Origin: an uncultured Actinomycetota bacterium
GTDB lineage: Bacteria > Actinomycetota > Actinomycetes > JAFAQI01
Assembly (NCBI GenBank): GCA_963770565.1
Contig: CAVYQE010000001.1
Span: 704,146-768,145 of the forward strand
Direction: 5' to 3'
Length of the DNA: 64,000 bases
Shown here: positions 51,799 to 61,668 of the stretch, one piece after another
Layout of the letters: every line of letters begins with the position of its first letter
Position numbering within the stretch: position 1 is the stretch's first letter
Made by a program: the position numbers and the translations under genes
Notes under the pieces: generated by a model
Database searches by the model: none
Seen by the model: the letters and a program-made list of their open reading frames with translations, nothing else
Told to the model about the DNA's origin: nothing

Positions 51799-54669
51799 TC
51801 AGGCCGGTCGACGGGCGGGGAACTGGATTACCTGCTGGAAGGTGGGCCGGTTCTGCCAGTCGATCAGCGGCTGCGTGATCAAGCCGAACGGGGTGAAGTT
51901 GATCGCGTCGAACTGCGGCATGGTCTCCTTTGCGTTGCCGCTCGACTTCTCGTCCGCGATCAGCGCGCTGTCCTTCCTCCACTTGCTGACCTTGGCGGTG
52001 CCGTTCTCCTTCTTCAAGGTCCGGTACGTCCTCAGCAGCGCCGCGTTGATCGCCGCCCGGCAGCTACCCGGCCCGCTCGTGCACCACTTCTTGGTGATCA
52101 CGGACGTAAACGGGTCGGCTGGGTGCTTGCCACTCAGCTGTTCGAGGACCTTCTCCATGTAGCCCTCCCAGCCGCCGTCGTACGAGCTGCCATGGCGCGA
52201 TCCGTTGCCGTTCGGCGTATCAACGAAGCCCATCGGCAGGATGCTGTATCCGCCCGACGTCGGGTTGTAGCCGCCGCTCGTGGACCCGGGGCCGTTCAGG
52301 CCCGGACCCGCCAGCAGCCGGTTGAACACCGACTCGATCAGGGTCGGCTCCAGCTGATCCATGATCGCGATCGCGGCATGTTGTTGGTATTGCTTGGCCT
52401 TCGGCGACGCCTTGAGCCGATGCGTGCCGTCGGCATTCCACGCCGCGAGGGTCTTCAGCATCGATGCGACACCACTCGGTTCGTGCTGCCCCTTGACGTA
52501 TCTGAGCAGCTTCGGCAACACGGTCAGCCCGGTCAGGTCCTGACTCGCTGCGGTCTCCATCGCCTTGACCACGTCGGCGCGGGTGAGCTTGTCGTGCGTG
52601 ATCTTCATCTCGTGCTTGAGCTGCGCAACGAGCATCTGAGACCGGTACGACGGGCCATAGCCGTACTGGTCGTCGGCGGCCGAGAAACCGGGCGCCGGCT
52701 TGTTGTTCCAGCTGACGAAGAAGCCCTGCTTGGGGTCGGTCTCGTGGACGTGCTTCGAGGCAGCCAGGTAGCCACGCCACTCGGCGTTGCCGGTGCCCCA
52801 GGTCGGCAGGTTCGGGTTGGCGCCCTTGGCGCGGATCGGGTCCTTGCCACTGACGTAGTAGCCGATGTGCTTGCTGTCGACGTAGAACCAGTTGAACGTG
52901 TAGCCGATGTCCTTGGCGCCGTGCTCCCAGCTCTTCACGCTGTGCGTCAGCTTGGGCTCGCCCCACTGAAGGAAGCCGACCACTGAATCGACGTCGTGGT
53001 TGAACGTCGAGCGCTGGTTGACGACCGCCACCGGCTTGCCGCCGGAGGTGGTCCAGCCCTGGACCACGCCGTGGCGGGTCAGGTAGATGTCGTGGTTGAT
53101 CGGGACCGCGGTGCCGCCGCCGAGCGGCTTGGTGTGCCCGGTCTCGTCAAAGGTCTCGTGCTTCATCGCGATGCACTTGCCCTTGTAGCGGTAGAACTTC
53201 TCGGTCGCCGTGGGCTTCTTGCCGTCGGGGTCGCAGATCAGCTCGAGCCGCTGGTCGATCAGGTCGGAGCCGGCCGAGGTGGCCGACCAGGCGTAGTCCT
53301 CGCCGCGGCCGAGCTCGACCAGCCCGGTGCCCGGGAACGATGCGCCTTCGGCGTGGTAGTTCGGGGTGCTGATCTCCTCCTGGGTGAGGATCTGGGGCGA
53401 GTAGTAGGACACCTGCGGTCCGAAGACCGCGATCGGGTGGTGCGCCTTGGTGTCCTTGGCGTCGACCACCAGCGCGTTGCTCATGTCCGACGGGGTCCGC
53501 TCGAGCGAGGCGATGTCCTTGAGAACCGCAACGTTGGCACCGGCGCCGCCGCAGGCCGCCGTGGTGTCGACCGGGCCGCCCTTCAACGGGTTGCGCGGGT
53601 GGTCGGGGATCGCGGTCAGCTTGGCGTTGATGTGCGTGGGCATCGTCTCGTACGGGAACGACTTGCCGACCACGGTGGTCGGCGTACTCGGGTCGTTCTG
53701 CTCCTTGAACTCGGCGAACGCCTTGGCGCCGGCCTTCTTGCCGAGCTTGTGCTGCAGGTAGGTGTAGAGCGCGGAGTTGGCGACCTCGATGCCGCCGCCG
53801 CGGCCGAAGATGCCGCCGATCAGCCCGCCGACCGACACCACGTCAGCCGGAGTCCACAGCGCCGGGGTCGGTGCGGACACGCCTTGGTAGTCGCCGTCCA
53901 GCTCGCTCGGGTGCTTCTGGGTCTGCGCGATCCAGGCGTTGATGCCATCGACGTAGGCGTCGATCATGTTCTTCGCGAGCAGACCCTGCTTGCCGTACTC
54001 GGCCGGCAGCGCGTTGACCTGGGCATCGCCCTGGGCCTGGGAGTAAGGCGCGAGCAGGAGCTGGTCGTGGTCCATCTGCTCATCCGAGCAGGAGGGGCCG
54101 GCGAACGAGCTGAGGTCGCCCGCGCCGAAGTGCCGCAGGACATCCATGAGGAACAACCGGTCCTGGGCCTGCGCATAGCCGGCGCCGAACGCCCCGGCCT
54201 CGTCGGTCGCGCCGTAGATGTGCGGGACGTCATTGGGCCCGCGGACGATCTCGACCGTGCCGGCGGGGTACTTGGTGCTCGAGGGCATCTCGGTGCGCAG
54301 GATGTCCTTCTTCGGTACGCCGAAGGACTCGTCGTCGTAGTACTTGCCGAGCTTCCTGTCGGTCAGCTTCGAGTATCCGTACAGCAGGTTCTCGTACTTG
54401 CCGAGCTGATCCTGGCTGTGCGCCGGCCGGGTGCCGAAGAAGCCGTAGGCCACCAGGTCGGCCTCCGTCGCGCTGCCGTTCTCGCCCGGCGGCAGGATGC
54501 TCATCGCCTGGCCGTGGGCGTAGTCGTGGGCCCGGTAGGCCAGGCTCGGGAGCTTCGGCTTGCCCGCCGCAGTGGCGGAGCTGGCCGGCGCGCTCATCGC
54601 CGCGGTGAGGGCGAGGGTGCTGACGGCGAGGGCGGCGGTTGCGGTACGGATGACGGCGGTTCGGCGCAT
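51799..54669 (-). CDS. secreted penicillin-acylase-family Ntn-hydrolase (S45; penicillin/aculeacin/AHL acylase-like)
   Basis: Signal peptide (MRRTAVIRTATAALAVSTLALTAA), then the alpha subunit and a beta subunit bearing the Ntn-hydrolase signatures. 956 aa. GC content is visibly lower (~62%) than the surrounding sequence. Confidence 0.75.
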   Translation of the reverse strand: MRRTAVIRTATAALAVSTLALTAAMSAPASSATAAGKPKLPSLAYRAHDYAHGQAMSILPPGENGSATEADLVAYGFFGTRPAHSQDQLGKYENLLYGYSKLTDRKLGKYYDDESFGVPKKDILRTEMPSSTKYPAGTVEIVRGPNDVPHIYGATDEAGAFGAGYAQAQDRLFLMDVLRHFGAGDLSSFAGPSCSDEQMDHDQLLLAPYSQAQGDAQVNALPAEYGKQGLLAKNMIDAYVDGINAWIAQTQKHPSELDGDYQGVSAPTPALWTPADVVSVGGLIGGIFGRGGGIEVANSALYTYLQHKLGKKAGAKAFAEFKEQNDPSTPTTVVGKSFPYETMPTHINAKLTAIPDHPRNPLKGGPVDTTAACGGAGANVAVLKDIASLERTPSDMSNALVVDAKDTKAHHPIAVFGPQVSYYSPQILTQEEISTPNYHAEGASFPGTGLVELGRGEDYAWSATSAGSDLIDQRLELICDPDGKKPTATEKFYRYKGKCIAMKHETFDETGHTKPLGGGTAVPINHDIYLTRHGVVQGWTTSGGKPVAVVNQRSTFNHDVDSVVGFLQWGEPKLTHSVKSWEHGAKDIGYTFNWFYVDSKHIGYYVSGKDPIRAKGANPNLPTWGTGNAEWRGYLAASKHVHETDPKQGFFVSWNNKPAPGFSAADDQYGYGPSYRSQMLVAQLKHEMKITHDKLTRADVVKAMETAASQDLTGLTVLPKLLRYVKGQHEPSGVASMLKTLAAWNADGTHRLKASPKAKQYQQHAAIAIMDQLEPTLIESVFNRLLAGPGLNGPGSTSGGYNPTSGGYSILPMGFVDTPNGNGSRHGSSYDGGWEGYMEKVLEQLSGKHPADPFTSVITKKWCTSGPGSCRAAINAALLRTYRTLKKENGTAKVSKWRKDSALIADEKSSGNAKETMPQFDAINFTPFGLITQPLIDWQNRPTFQQVIQFPARRPA

Positions 54670-54701
54670 GCGCGGATCGTACTCACAGGTAACGGAGCCG
54701 C

Positions 54702-55430
54702 TCAGTGGGCAGTAGCGCGCCAGGTCTCGCAGACGAAGGAGATCGTGAACCGGTCGGGCGGCACTGCCGAGCGCAGGTCGTCGACGAGCTTCTGCCGGTC
54801 CTCGGGATCGAGGAGGATGGCCTGGCTGCGCGACAACCCGTAGGCCACGATCCGATCAGGGTCGTAGCGCTGTTGATGGTGGACTACCAGCCGCTCAGGG
54901 ACGCTGAAACGCTGCGGATCGTCGTACGGCGCCTCGGCCCCATCGTCGTCGGGCATGTCGTCGCTGCGTTCCTCGGCACCGATGATGTCGGCGACCGTGC
55001 GGGACAGCTCGTCGGTGGTGTCGATCAGGTTCCAGGTCACCACCAGGTGGCCGGCCGGGCGCAGCACCCGGTGGACCTCCACGACTGCCTGCGGGATGTC
55101 GAACCAGTGCCAGGCCTGCCCGACGAAGACCGCGTCGACGGCGTCATCGGCCAGCGGGATGGCCTCGGCGGTGCCGTCGAGGGCGCTGGCCGGGCTCGGG
55201 ATCAACGCGCGCATCTCGGCGAGCGGCTCGACCGAGGTCACCTTGAGGCCGAGTTCGAGCAGGCCGGCGGTCAGGATCCCGGTGCCGGCGGCAAGGTCGA
55301 GCGCTGCGGTGGCGCCGGGCGGGCCACCCCATTGCAGCGCCTCGAGCGGGTAGCTCGGCCGGCCGGTGGCATAAGCAACGGCGGCGGCCCCGAACGAGGA
55401 CCGCCGCCGTTCCCAGATCTCGTCACTCAC
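54702..55430 (-). CDS. class I SAM-dependent methyltransferase
   Basis: SAM-binding motif I LDLAAGTG, with motif post-I/II spacing (…VDAVFVGQAWHWF…). Confidence 0.75.
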   Translation of the reverse strand: MSDEIWERRRSSFGAAAVAYATGRPSYPLEALQWGGPPGATAALDLAAGTGILTAGLLELGLKVTSVEPLAEMRALIPSPASALDGTAEAIPLADDAVDAVFVGQAWHWFDIPQAVVEVHRVLRPAGHLVVTWNLIDTTDELSRTVADIIGAEERSDDMPDDDGAEAPYDDPQRFSVPERLVVHHQQRYDPDRIVAYGLSRSQAILLDPEDRQKLVDDLRSAVPPDRFTISFVCETWRATAH

Positions 55431-55476
55431 GCCTCCAGCCTGCCACCCACCCGGTGTCGAGCAGGCTCGCGGACGG

Positions 55477-56034
55477 TTAGCGGCGGACGGCTGCGATGTC
55501 GAACTCGAGCTTGATCTTCTCGCTGATCACCAGGCCGCCGGTGCCCAGCGGTGCGTTGAAGCTGACGCCCCAGTCGCTCCGGTTGATCGTGGCGGAGCCT
55601 TCGAAGCCGACCCGGAAGTTGCCCCACGGGTCCTGCGCGGCACCGGTCTTCTCGAACGTCACCGCGACCGGCTTGGTGATGTCGCGGATGGTCAGGTCGC
55701 CGTGCAGGACGAACTCGTCGTCGGTCACCCGCTCGGCCGAAGTACTGACAAAAGTGATCTTCGGGTACTTCTCGACCTCGAAGAAGTCCGCGCCGCGGAC
55801 GTGGTCGTCACGCTGGGGGTTGCCGGTGTAGATGCTCGCGGCGTCGATCTCGACCCGGGCCGTGCTGTTCGCGACGTTGTCCTCGTCGAGGTGAACCTCG
55901 GCGGTGTAGTCGGCGAACTGCCCGCGGACGGTAGTGACCATGGCGTGCTTAGCGGCGAAGCCGAGCCGGCTGTGGGTCGGGTCGACGTCGTAGTCACCGG
56001 TGAGGGTCTGCGGAGCGAGGGTGGTGGTGGTCAT
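55477..56034 (-). CDS. YceI-family protein
   Basis: …YDVDPTHSRLGFAAKHAMVTTVRGQF… and …L.GDLTIRDITKPV… are typical YceI lipid-binding beta-barrel motifs. GAAGGAG RBS before the second ATG (56034). Confidence 0.8.
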   Translation of the reverse strand: MTTTTLAPQTLTGDYDVDPTHSRLGFAAKHAMVTTVRGQFADYTAEVHLDEDNVANSTARVEIDAASIYTGNPQRDDHVRGADFFEVEKYPKITFVSTSAERVTDDEFVLHGDLTIRDITKPVAVTFEKTGAAQDPWGNFRVGFEGSATINRSDWGVSFNAPLGTGGLVISEKIKLEFDIAAVRR

Positions 56035-56055
56035 GGGGTGCTCCTTCAAGTAGTT

Positions 56056-56113
56056 GTTATCGCAAGTAACGTGCCCACCCTACGCGCTATTCCTTGCACT
56101 CGCAAATAATTGC
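56056..56113. promoter_or_regulatory. AT-rich palindromes (GTTATCGCAAGTAAC; TTGCACTCGCAAATAATTGC) in yceI/marR divergent region: candidate MarR operators
   Basis: The perfect palindrome GCAAataaTTGC and the TTGCactcGCAA motif occur in a locally AT-rich 100-bp divergent promoter region between a MarR gene and its likely target. Confidence 0.35.
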
Positions 56114-56135
56114 CGATCCCCGTATTCTGTTGGGC

Positions 56136-56651
56136 ATGACGACGCCGAGCCCGTGCTCGACCCGGCCGCTCGATTCGGCCGAGATGAGCGCCTGGCATGC
56201 CCTGATCCGGGCTCACAGCCGGGTCGTTCGGCGGCTGGAGGCGGAGTTGGAGGCCGAGCACGCCCTGTCGCTGCCGGCCTACGAAGTGCTCGCTCATCTG
56301 TCCGAGGCCCCGGAGCAACGGCTGCGGATGACCGAGCTCGCCCGGCACGCGGTCCTCACCCCGAGCGGGCTGACCCGGCTGGTCGACAAGCTGGCCCGTG
56401 ACGGCCTGGTCGAGCGCCAGCGCTGCGGCGCCGACGCCCGGGTGGTCTATGCGGTGCTCACCGAGGAGGGGATGGCCCGGCTGGTGGCCGCGTATCCCAC
56501 CCACGTGCGAGGTGTTCGCGAGCACTACCTCGACTGGCTGACCGAGGCCCAGAAGGACGCGGTCTCGGACGCGCTCGGCGATCTGGCCGGCGCCTGCCGG
56601 CACGAGGCCTGCCTCAACGAGTTGGCGGTCGACGTCCCCACCCAGTCGTGA
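56136..56651 (+). CDS. MarR-family transcriptional regulator
   Basis: wHTH (…LSLPAYEVLAHLSEAPEQRLRMTELARHAVLTPSGLTRLVDKLARDGLVERQ…). Divergent from the YceI gene. Confidence 0.75.
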   Translation: MTTPSPCSTRPLDSAEMSAWHALIRAHSRVVRRLEAELEAEHALSLPAYEVLAHLSEAPEQRLRMTELARHAVLTPSGLTRLVDKLARDGLVERQRCGADARVVYAVLTEEGMARLVAAYPTHVRGVREHYLDWLTEAQKDAVSDALGDLAGACRHEACLNELAVDVPTQS

Positions 56652-57163
56652 CCGTCGTACTCCGGCCGGCCCGCACGTCCGATGTCGCGCTGATCCGCCG
56701 GCTGATCGACCTCTATGCCGACAAGGGGATCCTGCTCGACAAGCCGACGGTCACCTTGTACGAGGACGTCCAGGAGTTCGTGATCGCCGAGGTCGACGGC
56801 GAGCCGGTCGGGTGCGGTGCATTGCACGTCCTCTGGTCGGATCTCGCCGAGGTCCGGACCCTCGCGGTCGACCCGGTCTGCCGGCGCAACGGGGTCGGGC
56901 ACGCCTTGTTGGCGGAGCTGCTCGAGCGAGCGCGGGCGGTCGGGGTCAGCCGGGTGTTCTGCTTGACCTTCGAGGTGGCCTTCTTCGAGGCGCATGGCTT
57001 CACGCCGTTCACCGCCCAGGCAGTCGAGCCAGGGGTCTATGAGGAGCTGCTGCGCTCGTACGACGAGGGCGTCGCGGAGTTCCTCGGGCTGGAGCACGTG
57101 AAGCCGAACATCCTCGGCAACACCCGGATGCTGCTCGAGCTCGGCCCGCCCGAGCCGACCTGA
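56648..57163 (+). CDS. GNAT N-acetyltransferase (ArgA/N-acetylglutamate-synthase-like short form)
   Basis: …RPA.TSDV..I..LI...A..G.LL…, then acetyl-CoA motif A (…VDPVCRRNGVGHALL). GTG overlaps the marR stop. Confidence 0.6.
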   Translation: MTVVLRPARTSDVALIRRLIDLYADKGILLDKPTVTLYEDVQEFVIAEVDGEPVGCGALHVLWSDLAEVRTLAVDPVCRRNGVGHALLAELLERARAVGVSRVFCLTFEVAFFEAHGFTPFTAQAVEPGVYEELLRSYDEGVAEFLGLEHVKPNILGNTRMLLELGPPEPT

Positions 57164-57181
57164 TTCACCCCCGTTCGGGGA

Positions 57182-57895
57182 TCAGGCGGTGTCGATCACC
57201 CAGAACGCCTCGGCCAGCCGGCCCTCCGGCAGGCCGGCGGCCTGCGCGTTGGACCCCAGCCACCAGCGCAGCAGCCGGTCGATGTCGTCGGCGCTCTTGA
57301 TCTGGCTCTTGTGGTGCAGCAGCGCCGCCTTCTTGCGCTCGAAGACGTCGGTGACGTCGACATAGTGGTTGACCCGCTCCATCGCGGTGACCCACGTCTC
57401 GGGGACCGACCACGCCTCCAGGTGGCCGAGGCTGTCGGGGAACGCGAACTCGTTGCGCGCGTCGGGATACAGCGCCGACAGCGTGGCCTCGCCGACCGCA
57501 GTGTGATCGGGATGCGCGGCCGGCAGCCGCGACATGTGCCGCTCGGGTGACTGGGCGACCAGCCGATGTGGCCGGACCTCGCGGATGACCCGGGCGATGT
57601 CGCGGCGCAGATCCAGGCTGACCTCGACCTGGCCGTCCGGATAGCCGAGGAAACGTACGTCGGTGACCCCGACCGCCTTGGCGGCCGCACGCTGCTCGGC
57701 CTGGCGGATGCCGGCGATGTCGCCGCGCGGGACGCTCGGGTCGAAGCCGCCGGCGTCGCCACTCGTCACGATGCAATAGCTGACCTCGATCCCGGCGTCG
57801 GTCCACGTCGCGACCGTGCCCGCGAGGGCGAAGTCGACGTCGTCGGGATGCGCCATGACGGCCAGGATCCGTTCGATGCTGCTGTCCTCGATCAC
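57182..57895 (-). CDS. PIG-L/LmbE-family N-deacetylase (MshB/Mca-like)
   Basis: ILAVMAHPDDV zinc-binding motif near the N-terminus, with HxxH-type residues further on. The start is taken at GTG 57895 to leave a promoter gap to divergent pcrA. Confidence 0.65.
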   Translation of the reverse strand: MIEDSSIERILAVMAHPDDVDFALAGTVATWTDAGIEVSYCIVTSGDAGGFDPSVPRGDIAGIRQAEQRAAAKAVGVTDVRFLGYPDGQVEVSLDLRRDIARVIREVRPHRLVAQSPERHMSRLPAAHPDHTAVGEATLSALYPDARNEFAFPDSLGHLEAWSVPETWVTAMERVNHYVDVTDVFERKKAALLHHKSQIKSADDIDRLLRWWLGSNAQAAGLPEGRLAEAFWVIDTA

Positions 57896-57965
57896 CCGCG
57901 AGAGGCTACGTGAGCCGTCCGACGCGCTCCGATGACGGCACCGCGACATAGGCTCGGTCGCGCCG

Positions 57966-60242
57966 ATGACGATGCCTGTTGACACCCGCGGCGAGCCCGC
58001 CGAGCCCGCCGACGCAGCCCCCGAGCGCGCCCGTCCGCACGCGCTGGTCGAGCCCGAGGTCCTGCTCGAAGGCCTCAACCCGCAGCAGCGCGCCGCGGTA
58101 GTCCACGAGGGTGGTCCGCTGCTGATCGTCGCCGGCGCGGGCTCGGGGAAGACCCGGGTCCTCACCCACCGGATCGCCTGGCTGCTCGGCGAGCGCGGGG
58201 TGCAGCCCGGTCAGGTCCTGGCCATCACCTTCACCAACAAGGCCGCCGGCGAGATGAAGGACCGGGTCGCGCGGCTGGTCGGCAACCGGGCCCGGGCGAT
58301 GTGGGTGTCGACCTTCCACTCGGCGTGCGTCCGGATCCTGCGCGCGGAGGGCAAGCGGCTCGGGTTCACCAGCTCGTTCTCGATCTACGACGCGGACGAT
58401 GCGCGGCGGTTGATGACGACGGTCTGCCGCGACCTCGACTTCGATCCGAAGCGGCTGTCCGCGCGGTCGGTGAGCGCCCAGGTCTCCAATCTCAAGAACG
58501 ATCTCGTCGACTTCGAGGATGCCAAAGCCCGCGCGACCAGCCATCTCGAGCGGATGGTGGCCGATGCCTACGAGCTCTACCAGCGCCGGCTCGGGCAGTC
58601 CAACGCGCTCGATTTCGACGACCTGATCATGACGACCGTGACTGTGCTGCAGTTGTTCCCCGACGTCGCCGAGCACTATCGCCGACGGTTCCGGCACGTG
58701 CTGGTCGATGAATACCAGGACACCAACCACGCCCAGTACGTCCTGGTGCGCGAGCTCGTTGGCTCCGGCCCCGATGCGGCCGAGCTCTGCGTGGTCGGTG
58801 ACGCCGACCAGTCGGTCTATGCGTTTCGTGGCGCGACGATCCGCAACATCCTGCAGTTCGAGGCGGACTACCCCGACGCGAAGGTGATCCTGCTCGAGCA
58901 GAACTACCGGTCGACCCAGACCATCCTCAACGCTGCCAATGCGGTGATCTCCCGCAACCCCGACCGCAAGCCCAAGCGACTGTGGTCCGATGCAGGCGAC
59001 GGCGAGAAGATCGTCGGGTACGTCGCGGACAACGAGCACGACGAGGCGGCTTGGATCGCCGGCGAGATCGACCGGCTGGCCGACGAGGCCGGCGTGCGTG
59101 CCTGTGACGTCGCGGTTTTCTACCGGACCAACGCGCAGAGCCGGGTCTTCGAAGAGGTCTTCATCCGGGTCGGCCTGCCTTACAAGGTGGTCGGCGGGGT
59201 TCGGTTCTACGAGCGACGCGAGATCCGCGACGCGCTGGCCTACCTCAGGGTGCTGTTCAACCCGGCCGACTCGGTGTCGCTGCGACGGATCCTCAACGTG
59301 CCGAAGCGCGGGATCGGCGACACGTCGGAGGCGACGATCGCCGCGATGGCCGAGCGCGACCGGGTGACCTTCTGGGAGGCCCTGCACAAGGCGGCGGAGG
59401 ACGGCACCCTCGCGACCCGTTCGCACAACGCCGTGCAGTCCTTCGTGACCCTCATCGACGGGCTGACCGAGCTGGCCGGGGCCGCGCCCGGCGACGTGCT
59501 CGAGGCGGTGCTCGACCGCACCGGCTACCTGGCCGAGCTGCGGGCGAGCTCCGATCCGCAGGACGAAGGCCGGGTCGAGAACCTCGAGGAGCTCGTGTCG
59601 GTCGCGCGGGAGTTCGAGCAGACCCGGCCCGAGGGCACTCTCGGCGACTTCCTGGAGCAGGTGTCCCTGATCGCCGACGCCGACCAGGTGCCGAGCCCCG
59701 ACGGCTCGGACGGCGTGGTCACCCTGATGACGCTGCACACCGCGAAGGGCCTCGAGTTCCCGGTGGTGTTCCTTTCAGGGATGGAGGACGGCGTCTTCCC
59801 GCACCTGCGCTCGATGGGCAACTCCGCCGAGCTCGAGGAGGAGCGCCGGCTCGCCTACGTCGGGATCACCAGGGCGGAGAAGCGGCTGTACGTGAGCCGC
59901 GCCAACATCCGCTCGGCCTGGGGGTCGCCGGCGTACAACCCGCCGTCCCGGTTCCTCGACGATCTGCCGCCCGAGCTGATCGAGTGGCAGGGCGCCACCG
60001 AGGTCAGCGCGTCGCAGCTCGCGATCGAGCGGGCGAATCGGCGGGGCCGATCGGCGGGCACCGGGCTGCGCCCGATCCCGTCGCTGTCGCCCGGGGACCG
60101 GGTGACGCATGACGCATTCGGGATGGGCCGGGTGGTCGCGGTGCGCGGAGTGGACAGCTCCGCCGAGGCGGAGGTCGATTTCGGCGACGAGGTGGGCCGA
60201 AAGCGGCTCCTGCTTCGTTACGCACCGATCGTGAAGCTCTGA
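57966..60242 (+). CDS. pcrA: ATP-dependent DNA helicase PcrA/UvrD
   Basis: LLEGLNPQQRAAV, Walker A AGAGSGKT, and helicase motifs II (DEYQDTN), III, IV, V and VI (…VGITRAEKRLY…). C-terminal Tudor-like extension. Confidence 0.9.
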   Translation: MTMPVDTRGEPAEPADAAPERARPHALVEPEVLLEGLNPQQRAAVVHEGGPLLIVAGAGSGKTRVLTHRIAWLLGERGVQPGQVLAITFTNKAAGEMKDRVARLVGNRARAMWVSTFHSACVRILRAEGKRLGFTSSFSIYDADDARRLMTTVCRDLDFDPKRLSARSVSAQVSNLKNDLVDFEDAKARATSHLERMVADAYELYQRRLGQSNALDFDDLIMTTVTVLQLFPDVAEHYRRRFRHVLVDEYQDTNHAQYVLVRELVGSGPDAAELCVVGDADQSVYAFRGATIRNILQFEADYPDAKVILLEQNYRSTQTILNAANAVISRNPDRKPKRLWSDAGDGEKIVGYVADNEHDEAAWIAGEIDRLADEAGVRACDVAVFYRTNAQSRVFEEVFIRVGLPYKVVGGVRFYERREIRDALAYLRVLFNPADSVSLRRILNVPKRGIGDTSEATIAAMAERDRVTFWEALHKAAEDGTLATRSHNAVQSFVTLIDGLTELAGAAPGDVLEAVLDRTGYLAELRASSDPQDEGRVENLEELVSVAREFEQTRPEGTLGDFLEQVSLIADADQVPSPDGSDGVVTLMTLHTAKGLEFPVVFLSGMEDGVFPHLRSMGNSAELEEERRLAYVGITRAEKRLYVSRANIRSAWGSPAYNPPSRFLDDLPPELIEWQGATEVSASQLAIERANRRGRSAGTGLRPIPSLSPGDRVTHDAFGMGRVVAVRGVDSSAEAEVDFGDEVGRKRLLLRYAPIVKL

Positions 60243-60332
60243 AACTCCTGTTCGCGTTCTCTGAACGGCTCCTCAGGTTTGGCCCGTATACCCGGTTAGG
60301 CTGGAGTTTCCGCTGATCACGAAAGGGCTCTC

Positions 60333-61202
60333 GTGGGACGCAAGACGAACAAGCAGCGCCGTCAGGAGCAAGCGGTCACCGCTCGCGAGAAGGCGGCTCA
60401 GGCGCGCGTGGAGCATCAGCGGGTCGCCCAACGCCGCCGCGCCATGACGATCTTGAGCACGGTCGCCGTGCTCGCGGTAGCCATCGCGCTGGTCGCGGTC
60501 ATCGCGATTCAGGCGCACCACACGAGCAAGAACGATCGGTCGAACGCGGCCGGCTCGGTGGTTGACAGCGTGACGTCGGTGACTCCCGCGTCGCTCGCGA
60601 CGATCGGCAAGGGCTCGGCGACGCTGCTGGCGCAGCCGACCAAGGGCGATCCGCCGCTGACGCTCAATGGCAAGCCCGAGTTCCTGTTCATCGGCGCCGA
60701 GTTCTGCCCGTACTGTGCGGCCGAGCGGTGGTCGATCGTCCAGGCGCTGTCGAGATTCGGCACGTTCTCGGGCCTGTCGGAGATCCGGTCCGCGGTCGAC
60801 GACGGCAATATCGCGACGTTCAGCTTCTACAAGTCGAGCTACACCAGCAAGTACATCTCGTTCGTGCCGGTCGAGAACGAGGACCGCGCTTCGAAGCTGC
60901 TGCAGCCGCTGACGTCCGCACAGGGAAAGATCTTCAAGAAGTACACGAACGGTTTCCCATTCCTGTATTTCGGCGGGAAGTACTACCAGACCAACGCCGG
61001 CTACAACCCGGACGACCTCAGCGGGCTCGATCAACAGCAGATCGCCACTCAGCTGAAGGACCCGACCAGCAAGGTTGCAACCGACATCCTCGGTGAGGCC
61101 AACAACCTGACCGCGACTCTTTGCAAGCTCACCAATAATCAGCCGGCGAGCGTCTGTCTCACCCCGACGATCACCGACCTGCAGAGCCAACTCGGTGTCT
61201 GA
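60333..61202 (+). CDS. DUF929-family membrane-anchored thioredoxin-like protein (CPYC active site)
   Basis: Basic N-terminus, one TM helix, then a thioredoxin-like domain with FIGAEFCPYCAAERWS (CxxC). GTG start. Confidence 0.7.
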   Translation: MGRKTNKQRRQEQAVTAREKAAQARVEHQRVAQRRRAMTILSTVAVLAVAIALVAVIAIQAHHTSKNDRSNAAGSVVDSVTSVTPASLATIGKGSATLLAQPTKGDPPLTLNGKPEFLFIGAEFCPYCAAERWSIVQALSRFGTFSGLSEIRSAVDDGNIATFSFYKSSYTSKYISFVPVENEDRASKLLQPLTSAQGKIFKKYTNGFPFLYFGGKYYQTNAGYNPDDLSGLDQQQIATQLKDPTSKVATDILGEANNLTATLCKLTNNQPASVCLTPTITDLQSQLGV

Positions 61203-61659
61203 GTCGCAGAACGTCCGCTGGGCCTGGCCGGCGACCTTGCCGCTCGCGGTTATCGGATTGGGCGTCTCGGCGTACCTGACCTATGCCCACTTCAACACCT
61301 CGGTCGTGCTGTCCTGCCCAGAGACCGGCCATATCAACTGCACGAAGGTCACCACGAGCGCTCAGTCGGAGATCTTCGGTCACATCCCCGTGGCGTTGGC
61401 GGGGTTGCTCTACTACGTCATCATGGTCGCGCTCGTCACGCCGTGGGCCTGGCGGGCCGCCAACCCGTGGATCGGCCGGCTGCGGATGGCCGGCGCGATC
61501 GCCGGCCTCGGAATGGTCTGCTATCTCGTGTTCGTCGAAGCCGTGCAGTTGAAAGCGATCTGCCTCTACTGCACCGCGGTGCACATCATCACTTTCTTGC
61601 TCTTCATGGTTGTCCTAGCGGCGTACCTGTTGCGGCCGCTCGATCCGAACAAAGGGTGA
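61195..61659 (+). CDS. vitamin K epoxide reductase (VKOR) family protein
   Basis: 4-TM protein with a loop Cys pair (…VLSCPETGHINC…) and an active-site CxxC in a TM helix (AICLYCTAVH). It overlaps the upstream DUF929 stop. Confidence 0.75.
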   Translation: MSESQNVRWAWPATLPLAVIGLGVSAYLTYAHFNTSVVLSCPETGHINCTKVTTSAQSEIFGHIPVALAGLLYYVIMVALVTPWAWRAANPWIGRLRMAGAIAGLGMVCYLVFVEAVQLKAICLYCTAVHIITFLLFMVVLAAYLLRPLDPNKG

Positions 61660-61668
61660 GTTGGCGAG

